This document shows positions 25,501 to 36,770 of a DNA stretch of 64,000 nucleotides, in pieces. Every line of letters starts with the position of its first letter. Position 1 is the stretch's first letter. The notes under the pieces were generated by a model. It was not told the origin of the DNA and ran no database searches. It was given only the letters and a program-made list of their open reading frames with translations. Location: contig OZ037771.1 in assembly GCA_964035545.1 (NCBI GenBank), positions 3,111,628-3,175,627 of the forward strand. Direction: 5' to 3'. The stretch is from Bugula neritina. Its lineage: Eukaryota > Animalia > Bryozoa. The position numbers were made by a program, and so were the translations under genes.

Positions 25501-28500
25501 ACCAGGTGAGTGACACTCCAGTCAGGTGTGACACTCTAAACTGGTGTGTGAAACTCCTGGCAAGTGAATGACGCCTTAATTAGGTGTGTGACACTCCAAT
25601 GAAGTAAGTGACACTTCAAGCAAATTTTATGTTTTTGTTTTAACCAATCTTCATATCTATTTGCTATCACTTGAAGGGCCTACGCTATGGACCACATTGC
25701 TAAAAGTAGCGGGGAGGCTAGTGGCCAGACCTCAGCTGGACAATCTAGTGGTGGGAAATCAGGCAAAGAATTCTCCAGCACCACAACTAAGAAGGTTACT
25801 AAGAGTGCTGGTGCTAGTAGTGTTTCTGACCACAGTAAGGTGTGTGTGTATCCGTTTCCTTCTTTTTCCATTGCTGTAGAACCCATACTAAACCATTCTA
25901 CTTTCACTTTCTAATTTAGTCGAATATTATTGTGCCCAGTCTTATAATACTGTTAGCATTTCTATTAGTTGTAATGAGAGCATATTGTTATGGCACTTGT
26001 CTGTTTATACTGCATCATTTTTTCTGGTTTTCTAAAATTTACAATTTGTTTATATATCTAGTAGATATACTTTCTTTGTTTTACATTGTAAATGGCAATT
26101 CTGTTGGTTGGAATTTTGGCTGGTATTGATATGATTGGTTAATATTACTCTAGGTTGTACTTTCTGGCACTGGACTTAAGGAAGGAATAGCTGGAGAATT
26201 AGCAGAGTTCTATATTGATGGATCCAAAGCTGCAGATGGTATGTTCTAGCTAAGTATACCTCCTTCTCTAGTACTCACATGTTCTGGTACTCACATGTTC
26301 CGGTGAATCTGTGTTTGTCTGGTATTTATAATATTATCTACATATATAATATATTCATTTCTAGTGCTTGAAATATATGCTCTAAAGAATGTATTTATTC
26401 CCATTCAGGAGAGCCTACGGTGATACTGAAGAACTCAAGGCTACAGATTGTACCTGTAGAGGTTATGAGACACGGAGTCAAGTGTTACAGATGTACTTAC
26501 ATGGTGAACGAACCTGGTAGGTGTAGATTATTGTCTCTTACACATGAGAACTTCTACTCACATACATTATATTCTAGAGGTATTGTATTTACACCGTATC
26601 TCAGCATTATCTTGTTACATACATGTATTATTATCCATTTATGTAAAATCTGAATATAAGAAGACTATTTACACTCAAAGGTTTGCTACTTGCTTGTCGT
26701 TATCATGTAATCACCGTGCAGGGAATAACACCATACATTGTTACCTGCATCCTCGCGATATCAAGAAGATTTCATTTCTCTCGCCTTTTGTCTACCTCAC
26801 ATCTGCTGCAGGTTGTATCTTTTCTACCTCACATCTGCTGCAGGTTGTATCTTTTCTACCTCACATCTGCTGCAGGTTGTATCTTTTCTACCTCACATCT
26901 GCTGCAGGTTGTATCTTTTCTACCTCACATCTGCTGCAGGTTGTATCTTGTCTACCTCACATCTGCTGCAGGTTGTATCTTTTCTACCTCACATCTGCTG
27001 CAGGTTGTATCTTTTCTACCTCACATCTGCTGCAGGTTGTATCTTTTCTACCTCACATCTGCTGCAGGTTGTATCTTGTCTACCTCACATTTGCTGCAGG
27101 TTCGTACCTCCTGTTTGTATCGTGGGGAGACAGAGACCTGCTCAACTCGCCGTACACGGTGCAGATCAGAGACTCGCTAGACGTGGTTGATGCTGCCGTC
27201 AGCAATGGCCACTCCTCCAGCTACAGTTCTCAGCAACACCATCAGAGAGGTCTGTATTCCCACACGCTACGTCTCCTGGCCTCGTGTCAATAAATGAATA
27301 AATTGGTACAATATGATAATTTTCTTATTAATTAGAATGCGTGTCTATTTTATTTATTATTTCTTTTAAATAGTGTTTACAGGGTTTTTCAAGTACATAT
27401 TATCTATTAAGAAATGTGACAGTTAGAGACAGTTGAACTTTATACTGCAGTGTTTTGTGAAGTTTTTGGAGTGGCTGTAGACCAAGTAAAATAATGAATA
27501 ATTTGTCAACGAAGTTTTAGTAGATTCTACATCACAGTGCGTTAAAGCTGGACGTATATAAGGTGACATTTTGCTACCAGTAATTATAGTTTGTATGCAA
27601 GGAGCAGCCGTGGTCTAGGGGTTAGAGCACTAGTCTAGTAAACAGAGGTCATTGGTTCAAACTTCAGTAAAGGTCATGGGTGATGTTAAGAAGGGCGTCG
27701 GACATAATTGCTCGAACTTTACAAACAGAAGAACTCAAAACATGTTACCAGCAATTCTTAATACCAGGTTTTCTCTCAGAAATGGAGACTTTAGACAAAA
27801 AGTTTTCATTTGGAATATGTATATCATACTATCTGTTGTATCACACTGTCTGGTATGTTAACTAGGTCAATCTATACCTATACATCATCAACAAAATGGG
27901 TCATCTAGTCAGCAACAGAGTTCAGCAGGTCAGCAGCAGAGTTCAGGAGGTCAGACTGGCATGAGTAAACATTTCGTACGCAAAGCAAAGATGACAACGT
28001 CTTCCAACAACCAGCATCACCTGCAGAACGTAGGAGAGGACTTCCAGCTGATGATAGATGCTAACATGATGTCCGGTGGTGAGTCCTCTGTCTCTCTTTC
28101 TGCGTATACGTGTCACTTCCTGGCAGTATACTGATCCAACTATATGACTATTCATGTACGAATATTTTAAATATTTTTTTGTATTTTGCCTGTGAAACCA
28201 ACTTAGCTATTTATACAGTTCATCTAACAGTTACTTAGCTAGCCTCTCAGCAACTTATATTGGATCACAGTTAGTTCTCTTGTTGATTGGGTAGATTATT
28301 GAATCTACTGCATGTTATTGGCTAGTACTATATTAACATTACCTTACATAGGAGAGCTAGTGGCTAGGTGTCTAGGGCCTACAATGAGTGCTAAGTGTGA
28401 GCTGATACAAAAGGAAGGGGGTATGTACGCCCTCAACGTCAGGCCTCAAGAGTCTGGGGAACACAATCTATCTGTGACGTATAAAGGTGAACATATAGAA

Positions 28501-31500
28501 GGTTAGTGCTTACTGGTACCCTAAACTGTTGAACTTCTACACTGAACTGTTGAACTTGTACACTACACTTTTGAACTTCTACACTAAACTGTTTAACTTC
28601 TACACTAAACTGTTGAACTTCTACATGTAACTGTTGAAATTTTACATTAAACTTCACTGCTCCATTTGATATAAGGTGTATTTTTATCTTACAGACTAGA
28701 TTTGATGCCCATTCTATTCTCATAGCTAATCTATTTGAACTTGTATACTGCAGGCAGCCCATTCCTCTTCTCAGTTAAGGGTTCCTCACCACCCGACCCG
28801 ACAAAGGTGAAGGTTCATGGGCCCGGAGTAGAGCACGGTATACTCGCTGACTTTGAGAGTAAGTTTTTTGTGGACACGGAGGGAGCTGGAGCGGGCAACC
28901 TCAGCGTTAAGATGAGAGGGCCTAAGGGTAAGCCACAGAGCTCAGTCTAATAGCTTACTTTTCTCTTTCTTACCTAGACGGCTGTAGTACTTCTGGAGTT
29001 ATATCCTACTCTCTATGATGCAATAAGTGGAATTTGTGATATGCTGGCTTTCCTTATCACATTTGGGCTATACTGTTCATAGTTGATATTTCTACTCTAT
29101 GTTTGTCAACTTGAGAAGCTAGTAGTTCCATATATGTTGGAGTTGCCCCACTTGTCTTTCTGACTAATAACTGCGACGACACTCTATCCCGGGGTTCGCA
29201 GTGCATGGTGTCAAAGGGGGCATACCATTGACTGCTAACCTTATAGTTTGATATCTAATAAATTCCCCAACTGTTTGCTTGTTTTATCTCATTAAAATAA
29301 TACTTAGGAAAAAAAACATTCTAAATGCAAAGAAAGTGACGATGAGGCTGAATTTTCTAAGTTTAGCTAGTCATTCGCAGGCCGACACAAACCAAACAGT
29401 TATTCCAACAGGCCTCAACTACTTCCCAACATCAACAGAACTACTAATAAGGTTGTCCCATTGGCCATGTGTCTATTCACAATGTTTTCATTTTCACAGT
29501 GTTGATTTTTGAAGTAATATTGTACAGACTTATATTTTATAGAGTTGTCTAATGTTGGTTTCCATTAACAGGTGGTTTCCAGGCTACAATGAAGAGAGTT
29601 TCACAGACTAGCCGCACCATCGAGTGTAACTACAGCCCGGCAGAGGTTGGTCTCTACGTCATACACGTCAAGTGGTCAGATGTAGATGTGCCCGGCTCTC
29701 CCTTCCATATTCATATCTTTGACACTCATTATGAACTTGACAGGTGGGTGCAAGTGCCTGACACTTAAAGATGGTAGTTTTTATGCTTCATCAGTTGGCA
29801 TAACACAGACTTTGTTGTTAAACTGAACAAAGTATCTTTTTTTTTACAGTTTTGATTTGTATTGGTACTTGGAACTTTAAATATTTGTGTTTCTAACTAT
29901 TACTCCATATAATCACTCTGTTCTTTCTGCTCACAGTACTCTATGCTCACAGAACACTATTCTCATAGTCACTACTCACAGTTACCACTCATAGTCACTA
30001 CTCTAGGCTCCACTAATATACTTTACAGATTCGTACAGACGGGGGAACTGCCCACCACCCTCAGAGAGCACCATGTTCTGCAGATACGAGAGCCCACTCA
30101 GTCCTATCAGGCCTCTGCTTACCAAACTAATACACTCAAAACTCTCAAGAAGAGTAAGAAGAGCAAAAAGAATAAAAAGAATGGGTAAGTTGAGTTCAAT
30201 ATGATCTCTACTGCACCATCCTATCACTACTTTATATAGCTGAATACTTGTCTACAGCACATCAATAGGAGAACATCTTGTCCATTTTTATATAGCTATT
30301 CAACTTATTTCGTTTTAGCAGCAATTCTTGCTTTTATGTTTAACATTAGCAACTTAGTCTTTATTTGAGGACCACTAGTAAAAGTTTATCAGTTTTCTGC
30401 TCGATTGACTTGCAATTTTATGCTAGTACTCAAATACTTCACTTTAATTATATTATCTTTTGCTTATTTCCCTTTTAATTTTCTACTTTAATGAATTAAA
30501 TTACCAGTCAATTTTGGATTGATGGTAAATGTTATATTATCTTCTCTTTTTTTAATTTCTCTTTTAACTTTTTTTATTCCAATTAACTTGCTAGGGACAC
30601 CTTGTTTAATATAAGTAACTTTTGATTGACAATAAAGGTTGTTGTATATGCAGGTATTTGAATGGGGAACCTGTGACACTTGTTCAAGCACCTGTGCAGG
30701 CAGTTCAACCCATACAGTACGTCGTGAAGGAGCCACAATATAGACCAGCACCCCAGTTTGTTCGAGTCAAGGAGGCAGATGATGGTAACTACGTGAAGGC
30801 TAATACTGGCAGACCTGTAAGTTCATCCTTCTTAATTTGTTATCCATCGGATTATTGACTACTAGACCTGATTTTTGGAGCTGTAACCAATTGTAATAGA
30901 GTTTGCAAGAGCCTTTGCATGCCTATCTACATTTTACATTCACCAAAATGCTGCTTTTTGCTGTTAATAGTAATTGTTTAAAAAATATAAAAAATTTTAG
31001 CTAAACGCAATCAAAGTTTTGAAATCTCTGATATTTAATATGTTTTATTTTTAGTATAATATACTCAATCGTTGGCTTATCTGATGAACTGAAATTTTTC
31101 TATGAATAATTTTTACTTATTAAATAACGGGTAACGTTAGGCTTTCGGTGTGACAAACTATACAACTTTTATCAATATTTGATTCTAACCGGAAATGCAG
31201 GAATGTGTCATATGCAGGGGAGCTATTTCACTCTCAGCTATTTTACTCCCTCTTACAAATTTTTCAAACATTTTTTACACGCTACGACATTATTCGCTTT
31301 AAACTCGAACAGGTTTATTTTTAGTCTAAAGCAAAATTGTTAGAAATTTTGTTTCTGGGTGTATATAAATGTTCCCTGCATTACTTTGTTAGAGTTAAGG
31401 CTGCAATTTTGATGGTGTGGAATAGATGTTTATTTTACTTTTTACTTTGAAATTATTGTTAACCGAAGCAAATGATTTCTTCAACAATCGGCACACAAAT

Positions 31501-31784
31501 TATTTTAACGGAGAATAAGAATTAAAAAAACTCTTTTAGTATTTACAGGTCCTTATATTCTGACCTTTTCAAAATTATCTCTTTAATTGTTCGATTTTCA
31601 ATTCATTGTGTTCCAGGTGCAGGTTGTAAACAGTGGTGGAGGAAGTTCTGGTTACCGTCATTATAGAGAAAGTCACTATGCGGGTGGTGGTAGTGGGAGC
31701 CGTTATGTGGAAGGTTATGGTCCGGGATCTAAGCCTAAATATGTCGTTGCCGAAAATGGACCTCAGTATTTAGTACGTCGCTGA
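7550..31784 (+). CDS. Filamin-like protein, jitterbug/FLN-2 type; about 13 filamin Ig repeats, about 1638 aa, 33 exons
   Basis: Phase-consistent GT-AG exons: 7550-7709, 10753-10926, 11843-11934, 12228-12372, 13057-13194, 13518-13663, 13962-14088, 14313-14489, 14814-14863, 17340-17555, 18309-18429, 18708-18929, 19323-19496, 19837-20034, 20730-20813, 21350-21490, 22439-22612, 23204-23321, 23443-23558, 23878-24003, 24757-24903, 25237-25405, 25677-25839, 26154-26238, 26409-26516, 27100-27249, 27866-28078, 28352-28501, 28754-28927, 29572-29743, 30029-30184, 30654-30816, 31617-31784 (sum 4917 nt, divisible by 3). Recurrent DASxAGxG..L..YTP...G.H...V...GSPF motifs. The last repeat (GPGVEHGILADFESKFFVDTEGAGAGNLSVKMRGPKG...SRTIECNYSP...GSPFHIHIFDT) resembles, from recall, the C-terminal repeat of Drosophila jitterbug. 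Confidence 0.9.
8813..8861. mobile_element. 49-bp perfect hairpin related to the termini of the 16312-17088 element
   Basis: CGGGCTTTCCATGGATCGATCT-CAGCA-AGATCGATCCATGGAAAGCCCG: 22-bp perfect stem, 5-nt loop, same terminal sequence as the larger element. Confidence 0.8.
11081..11131 (+). CDS. Candidate alternative exon of the filamin gene (GSPLIIPYYSNNVTSVA)
   Basis: ttttctcag acceptor, gtaagt donor, 51 nt, phase 1-1, no stop. It begins with the GSP motif expected directly after exon 10753-10926. Confidence 0.6.
11951..12038 (+). repeat. 27-bp intronic tandem repeat (about 3 copies)
   Basis: Unit CARCTAYAYCTGGCAATTGGCAATAAR just downstream of the donor at 11935. Confidence 0.85.
13320..13543 (+). 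repeat. 41-bp tandem array containing the splice acceptor (about 5.4 copies)
   Basis: Unit ATTATTATYRCAG|TTGATGTAAGCAGAGCTGGTATTGGYYY. AGs end at 13353, 13394, 13435, 13476, 13517. Confidence 0.95.
14098..14282 (+). repeat. Degenerate repeat of about 18 bp (ATAGTACTGTATAGTGAT) filling most of a 224-nt intron
   Basis: Repeated TACTGTATAGT cores between the donor at 14089 and the acceptor at 14312. Confidence 0.85.
16312..17088. mobile_element. MITE-like non-autonomous DNA element with about 37-bp TIRs and GATCGATC subterminal repeats
   Basis: Left end CACCAGCTTTCCATGTACCGATCTCAGATCGATCTCG and right end CGAGATCGATCTGAGATCGGTACATGGAAAGCCCGTG are near-perfect inverted repeats around an AT-rich non-coding core. 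No clean TSD, so the superfamily is unresolved. Confidence 0.85.
17796..18290 (+). repeat. 25-bp intronic minisatellite (about 20 copies)
   Basis: Unit AGGTTTAGCACACATGYTATRCTAG. Ends about 18 nt before the acceptor at 18308. Confidence 0.95.
20380..20704 (+). repeat. 29-bp intronic minisatellite (about 11 copies)
   Basis: Unit CAAAATAACTTAGACCTAAAGCTATAAGA. Ends about 25 nt before the acceptor at 20729. Confidence 0.95.
22848..22980 (+). mobile_element. Diverged copy of the same SINE (filamin intron)
   Basis: CTTAGTAGACACTAGGTCATAGGTTCGAAG followed by GGCCAATGGTTATGTTGGACGG...TCATAATAGCTTC aligns by eye to the 5771 copy. Ends are approximate. Confidence 0.6.
23355..23432 (+). repeat. 20-bp intronic tandem repeat (about 4 copies)
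   Basis: Unit CTGTAGCRAGTAACTGTAAT fills most of the 121-nt intron 23322-23442. Confidence 0.9.
25392..25615 (+). repeat. 20-bp tandem array containing the splice donor (about 11 copies, decaying 3')
   Basis: Unit ACACTCCAATCAG|GTGAGTG. GT at 25406, 25426, 25446, 25466, 25486, 25506, 25526, then more diverged copies. Confidence 0.92.
26786..27102 (+). repeat. 32-bp tandem array containing the splice acceptor (10 copies)
   Basis: Unit TTTTCTACCTCACATCTGCTGCAG|GTTGTATC. AGs end at 26811 and every 32 nt up to 27099. Confidence 0.95.
27601..27795 (+). mobile_element. SINE copy (filamin intron)
   Basis: Starts GGAGCAGCCGTGGTCTAGGGGTTAGAGC like the 5771 copy and has GTCTAGTAAACAG (tRNA-Thr(AGT)-like anticodon arm), GGTTCAAAC, GGTGATGTTAAGAAGGGC and CATAATTGCTC. 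The 3' end is approximate. Confidence 0.85.
28520..28652 (+). repeat. 21-bp intronic tandem repeat (about 6 copies)
   Basis: Unit TACACTAAACTGTTGAACTTC. Confidence 0.85.
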
Positions 31785-32783
31785 CGTTGATTTTACTGTG
31801 TCTCTAAGTTGGGCGCAATCTTGCTCCACGCTGTTGTGTGCTTAGAATTAAGGCTATTTTAATATTTCAGGGCTTACAGATGTATGGTGCTTAGACTGGA
31901 ATTCATGTAGTTTTATATTATGTGTATCTCACCCGATTGAATTTTTTAATAGACTGGTATTTATTGACATTTTTTTATGATTTTATCTGCATTTAACAAT
32001 GGCTTGTGATTATATTGTTATTGAACACTTAGTTTTGTGTTGCAATTTTCTACCTCTACACAATATTTTGCTACATTATATATATTATTTTACTATTCAC
32101 TCGTGTTATTTATTCCCCGGAGGTTGTAATTCTTTAGTGCAAGAGGTTTACAGAACACTTGTGTATATATTTTATAGAATGCTCTGTTATCTCACTTTAC
32201 ACGTTTTTGCTAACGCTTAACTGCTATAGAATTATTATTATATTATATTATGCTCGTAGAAAAGTTTAATTAATATAAATATTGCTTCTTTACTACACCC
32301 TCACTTATTTTTTGTAAAATTTAATCAACAGCTGAAGGTACTTTATAAAGGAACATAGTGAAAGTTTTTTTAGAGAATATAAAAATTCAGGAACAAAAGA
32401 TGTTATTACAATAGTCCGTCATTGTTATGCAGTAGTGTATAAGAGGGGGATAATCAATAGATAATACAATAATTGTTTATTACCTGAAGATAATTGAGTT
32501 GTTTAATTTATAACAAGTAATTGTTTACAGAATACTTATTGATTGCTATCAACATTCTCTATTCTTGGTAAAGGTGATCATATAATAGATTCTAAGTAAC
32601 CAATATCACAGAGTTGATGAGCAGTGCTGCCTTATCTGTACAATCATAAACTGTGTGTGGGAAACAGCAAGTAAAACTTGATACTGTAAAGAATTGTGCT
32701 CTTGTGTGTTCATATTTCATTAGATAATTTCAGAAGCTATATTAAAAAATAAATTAAAGAAATACTGTTAACGGGTAGCCAGG

Positions 32784-34479
32784 ATGGTATTGAAACCTGC
32801 TGAGCAGTTGAAGAAGAGAATTCAGGAGTTAGAAGTGAGTTCCATTTTACGTATCTGTAGGTTTCGCCTGATCTTGGCTGTGTAAGTTTTGCTAAAAATT
32901 TGCTGGCAATAATTGTACTAGTTGTTTCATCCGTTGGCAAAGATGTAGTTTACATGCAAAAATAATTCAAACTTAATTTTTAATATAGTTTTTAGTAGCT
33001 TACATATTTATGGAAAACGCATAACAACTCTTAACCTAGGGCCACACGGTGCGTATTTTCGCATGCGAAAATTGAAATCACAAGTAGCAAAGGTGTCCAC
33101 TGTGCGCGTTGAGAAAACGTTCGCACTTGTCGCTCTGCATTTTCAACGCAAGTGCGAATCGTCTCTGTCGTCGTCACCTAATTGGCTGGTAGTTATTAAG
33201 CGAGCCCAATTTCGTTATTTTATTGCTAAATTCCAGCAAATTGCGTTTTATTGAAAGCGAGTGCGATTTAAAAATGAAAGCTTTATTTATCACGCGTCAC
33301 TGACGCTACAGTGGACGCCTTTGCTACTTGTGGTTTCAATTTTCGCATGCGAAAATACGCGCCGTGTGGCCCTAGGCTTACTGTAAAATTATGGTTGCAC
33401 CGTTTAATGGCATGTGCTAGAAGGAGGAATAATGATAAATATATGTGTGTAGCAATTGCGTTGTTCAGGAAACTTCGAACTAAAGATATATTTGTTATTC
33501 AGGATGAAGTGACCACGTTGACGGAGAGTTCAAGTAACCAGTTGCAGGAAATAGATCGGCTAAACAGCCAATTGGAACAAATAGATACTCTAGAAAATAA
33601 CTTAAAGAAAGAAAGGCAGAAGAAGAAGGAGCAAGAGAAAAGAATACATCAGTTAGAGATAGATGTTGCTGATGCTGTAACAGAACTCAATAAGCTAAAG
33701 GTACGGAAAGGTGATAATTCTCTAGTAATTTGAATTGGGATGTATTTCACTTCCTTTAAGATTAGAGCTCTGTGGCCAATATTAAGTCATTCTTTAGGAA
33801 GGAGAGCTTAAGACATCTCAGACCAAACTAGTAGCAGTGCAAAATGAAGTCAGTATCTTGAAGAAGACCATCAAAACACAAGAAAAGGAGATACGTCTTT
33901 CTAAACAGCAAAATAACCAGCTAATGGCCGACTCAGTTAGAATAGAGAATGAACTGAGCAAGCAAGCATATGAAACTGAACTACTGCGAGTAGAGCTCGA
34001 AGAAGCGAAGAAGGCAATTCCATCAGCTGAAGAAGGTTCTGGTTTGATATTAATGAATAACGTTGTAATAAACTGTAATGCGATATGACAAATGCATTCT
34101 GACAAAAGTTTAAATATAATAAATATTATAGTCATATACATTGTCAAATTGTATAAATGAATATGTACACGCTGGACTAAATTTACTTACCATTATATTT
34201 ACCATCACATTGTATCACTGAACATCAGGTAAAAGAAGGGCTGTTATTTAATACATAATGACAAAGTTTAGTGATAAAAACGAGCCTCTAAATGTTGTCT
34301 TGTATTAATTTGTAGCTCAAGAAATAAGAAAGCAAAATGCAACATTCAAGGAATTTGTTAAAGTTAGACGAGAACTTTCCCAGTTGCAAAATGAGAATAG
34401 GAAATTAAAAGCTCGGCTGAACCGCGAAACAGCAGATAAAAACCTAAAATATTTAATGGACAGCAACACAGAAAGCTAA
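32784..34479 (+). CDS. Uncharacterised coiled-coil protein, about 216 aa, 4 exons
   Basis: Exons 32784-32834 (MVLKPAEQLKKRIQELE), 33503-33700, 33798-34035 (donor could be 34041) and 34316-34479 join in frame. The sequence is E/K/Q/L-rich and heptad-like throughout. Confidence 0.75.
33034..33377. mobile_element. MITE, probably PIF/Harbinger (Tourist-like), with about 70-bp TIRs and TTA target-site duplication
   Basis: CCTAGGGCCACACGGTGCGTATTTTCGCATGCGAAAATTGAAATCACAAGTAGCAAAGGTGTCCACTGT (33035-33103) is inverted at 33308-33376 with few mismatches. TTA occurs at 33031-33033 and 33378-33380. Lies in intron 1 of the coiled-coil gene. Confidence 0.88.
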
Positions 34480-34876
34480 TGACGAGACATGTTTCAGCTA
34501 ATTTAATTGTCTAAAATTCTGTAATTGAAGAAAACTTTCTTCTAATAGTGAAATTTAATTATTATTTCTTTACTTAAACTTTAAACATCTTGTTTTTTTA
34601 AAAAAATTATTAGTTTTAATTCAAAGTAGTTTTCAGAGCGATTGTATGTGAATACTGCAGTGCCATTTAATACTCGTACACTAGTGAAGAATTATTGCAG
34701 CATGGCAAATATTAAATTATTGTCATATTTTGTTATAATTAAATATCAAAGAAACCAAATTTTTGTGAAAGAATTTCAAGCATTGTTGCAAAAATAAAAC
34801 AATTCAAACTCATCATTAGCTAACTAAATCAGCAGGTCTGATCTGCAAAAAAAATTGAAAAACCTAAAAAATAAAA

Positions 34877-36304
34877 ATGAAATCGTCTGTAACCATAGCT
34901 GAGTACTTGGGAGTGAGTGGGTTCATGAACATAGGGTTGGGTGCAATAGGGGCGTTGGCCGCAATGACCCTGGATCCAGTGGATGTACTCGGTGAACCAG
35001 TGGAACCTAAATGCTGGAAGATTGTTGAGTTTGATAATCTCGTTGAAATGATACGTGAAAGCTGTGTGCAGCTCTTTGATGTGAGAAATAAAGAGGAAGT
35101 AGAAGAAACCGGAATGATTCCACTTTCAGTGAACATACCGTGTAAGTAGGTCCTAATATCTAAACCAATTGTAATGAAGCATTGAGAGGCACCTCTTAGC
35201 ATATTAAAAATCTTAAAATACTTGGAAGTAAAAACTCAAGAAAGGGTTACTGTAGCTCCCTAAAGACTACAGAAATATTGATATCTAGATTTAAGTCTAA
35301 TTAGAATGGGCCATTATTCAGAGTACAGAAAAATCAAGACTTGTCATACTTTTCATTGTTATTTCAGTTTTCATACTTGGCAGCACCTACTTTGTCACTC
35401 GGTTTTATCACTATTGCTTTAATCTTTATATAAAATACATAAATGTGAGACTGTTGAAATGCTAAATAATTTGCTTATGTTGGGTTCACATATTAAAATT
35501 TATGCTTTACAGGACATTTACTATACAAGTGAACACTCATATTTACTAATTAATGCCTTCAACATGGCAACTGAATGTGTGCAACTTTGTGCTGTAACTT
35601 TGTGCTGTAGTATTTGAGCTAGAAACAGCTCTTCAAATGGACAATGAAGAGTTTGAGAAAAAGTATAGGGCCGCAAAACCATCACCTGGTGACTTTGACA
35701 TTGTGATGATGTGTAAAAGTGGGAAGAGAAGTAAATTAGCCATGCAGCTATTTCATCGCTACGGATACAAATAGTAAGTATAATAGCAATACGTCAGATT
35801 TATATCTAATACCATGAAAAAATACTTGATATTTTAGGTAACTAATACCTAAACGATTACCGCAAGGTTTGGTCAACTGGAGCCATCAGTCCCACAGGAA
35901 GAACATAACTCCAATACAACATTATATCATATGTAAAAAATTGCCCCTATGTTTCCTGCACCGTACAATATTTAGCCTTTTTCAAATATTCAATAGAAAA
36001 TATGCACATGACAGTGATCACTTCTATGTTATTGTGTTACAGTACGAGAGTTTACTTAGGAAGTTTTGATGAGTACAGTACCAAGAAATCTCACATATGC
36101 ATTTTACCCAAAAGCCAAGACAATACCAGAAAACACTCTACGCTTGAGATAGAAACAGTGGAAGAGGAGAGTGAGAAAGTAGAACCTAAGGCACAGACAG
36201 ACGAGGCGGTTGGTTTAGCCAAAAGTGAGTCTAATGAGAAAGAAGATGAGTGGCAAGAAGCAGTCGACTCGGCTTCTAAAATTGAGAATGAAGAATCTGC
36301 GTGA
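34877..36304 (+). CDS. Single-domain rhodanese / thiosulfate sulfurtransferase-like protein (TSTD type), about 229 aa, 3 exons
   Basis: Exons 34877-35141, 35611-35773, 36043-36304. Motifs LFDVRNKEEVEETGMIPLSVNIP, FEKKYRAAKP, active-site loop CKSGKRS, and VYLGSFDEY. Confidence 0.88.
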
Positions 36305-36770
36305 AACAAAAATCTTACTGGCACTTTAATGACGACATGTTTTAAAGAACTTTTCAGATGATTTGATAGCTAAAGTTGACACAAAACTGCGTAGTTTATT
36401 TTTATTTATTAGTTTTTCATCTTTTCGTATAAAAAGTTGTATAAAAATAACTCGGTATTTAAATATCATAATTTTTGTGAAAACATTATTGAACAGTATT
36501 TACAACAAGTATTGCACTTAAATGCAATGAGCAGTTATGAAAAATATAATAAAGAATGAAACAGGAATTTGTACATGATAGTGCGCAGACAATATATAGA
36601 TTGTTGAACACTGCACAAACTAATTTGCCAACTCTTTAATGACAGAGGTAAAATCCTTTGACCTCACTACCGCCATTTTAAACTTGGACAGACCAATGTT
36701 TGAACAAAAGAAATGAGAGTCCTAATTTAAATAATTATCAACAATCATGATCTTCTAGGATATGTCCCAA

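Noticed and set aside
26544-27293. Three overlapping 150-249-aa ORFs as independent genes
   Set aside because: They arise from a stop-free 32-bp intronic array. Only 27100-27249 is supported as filamin coding sequence.
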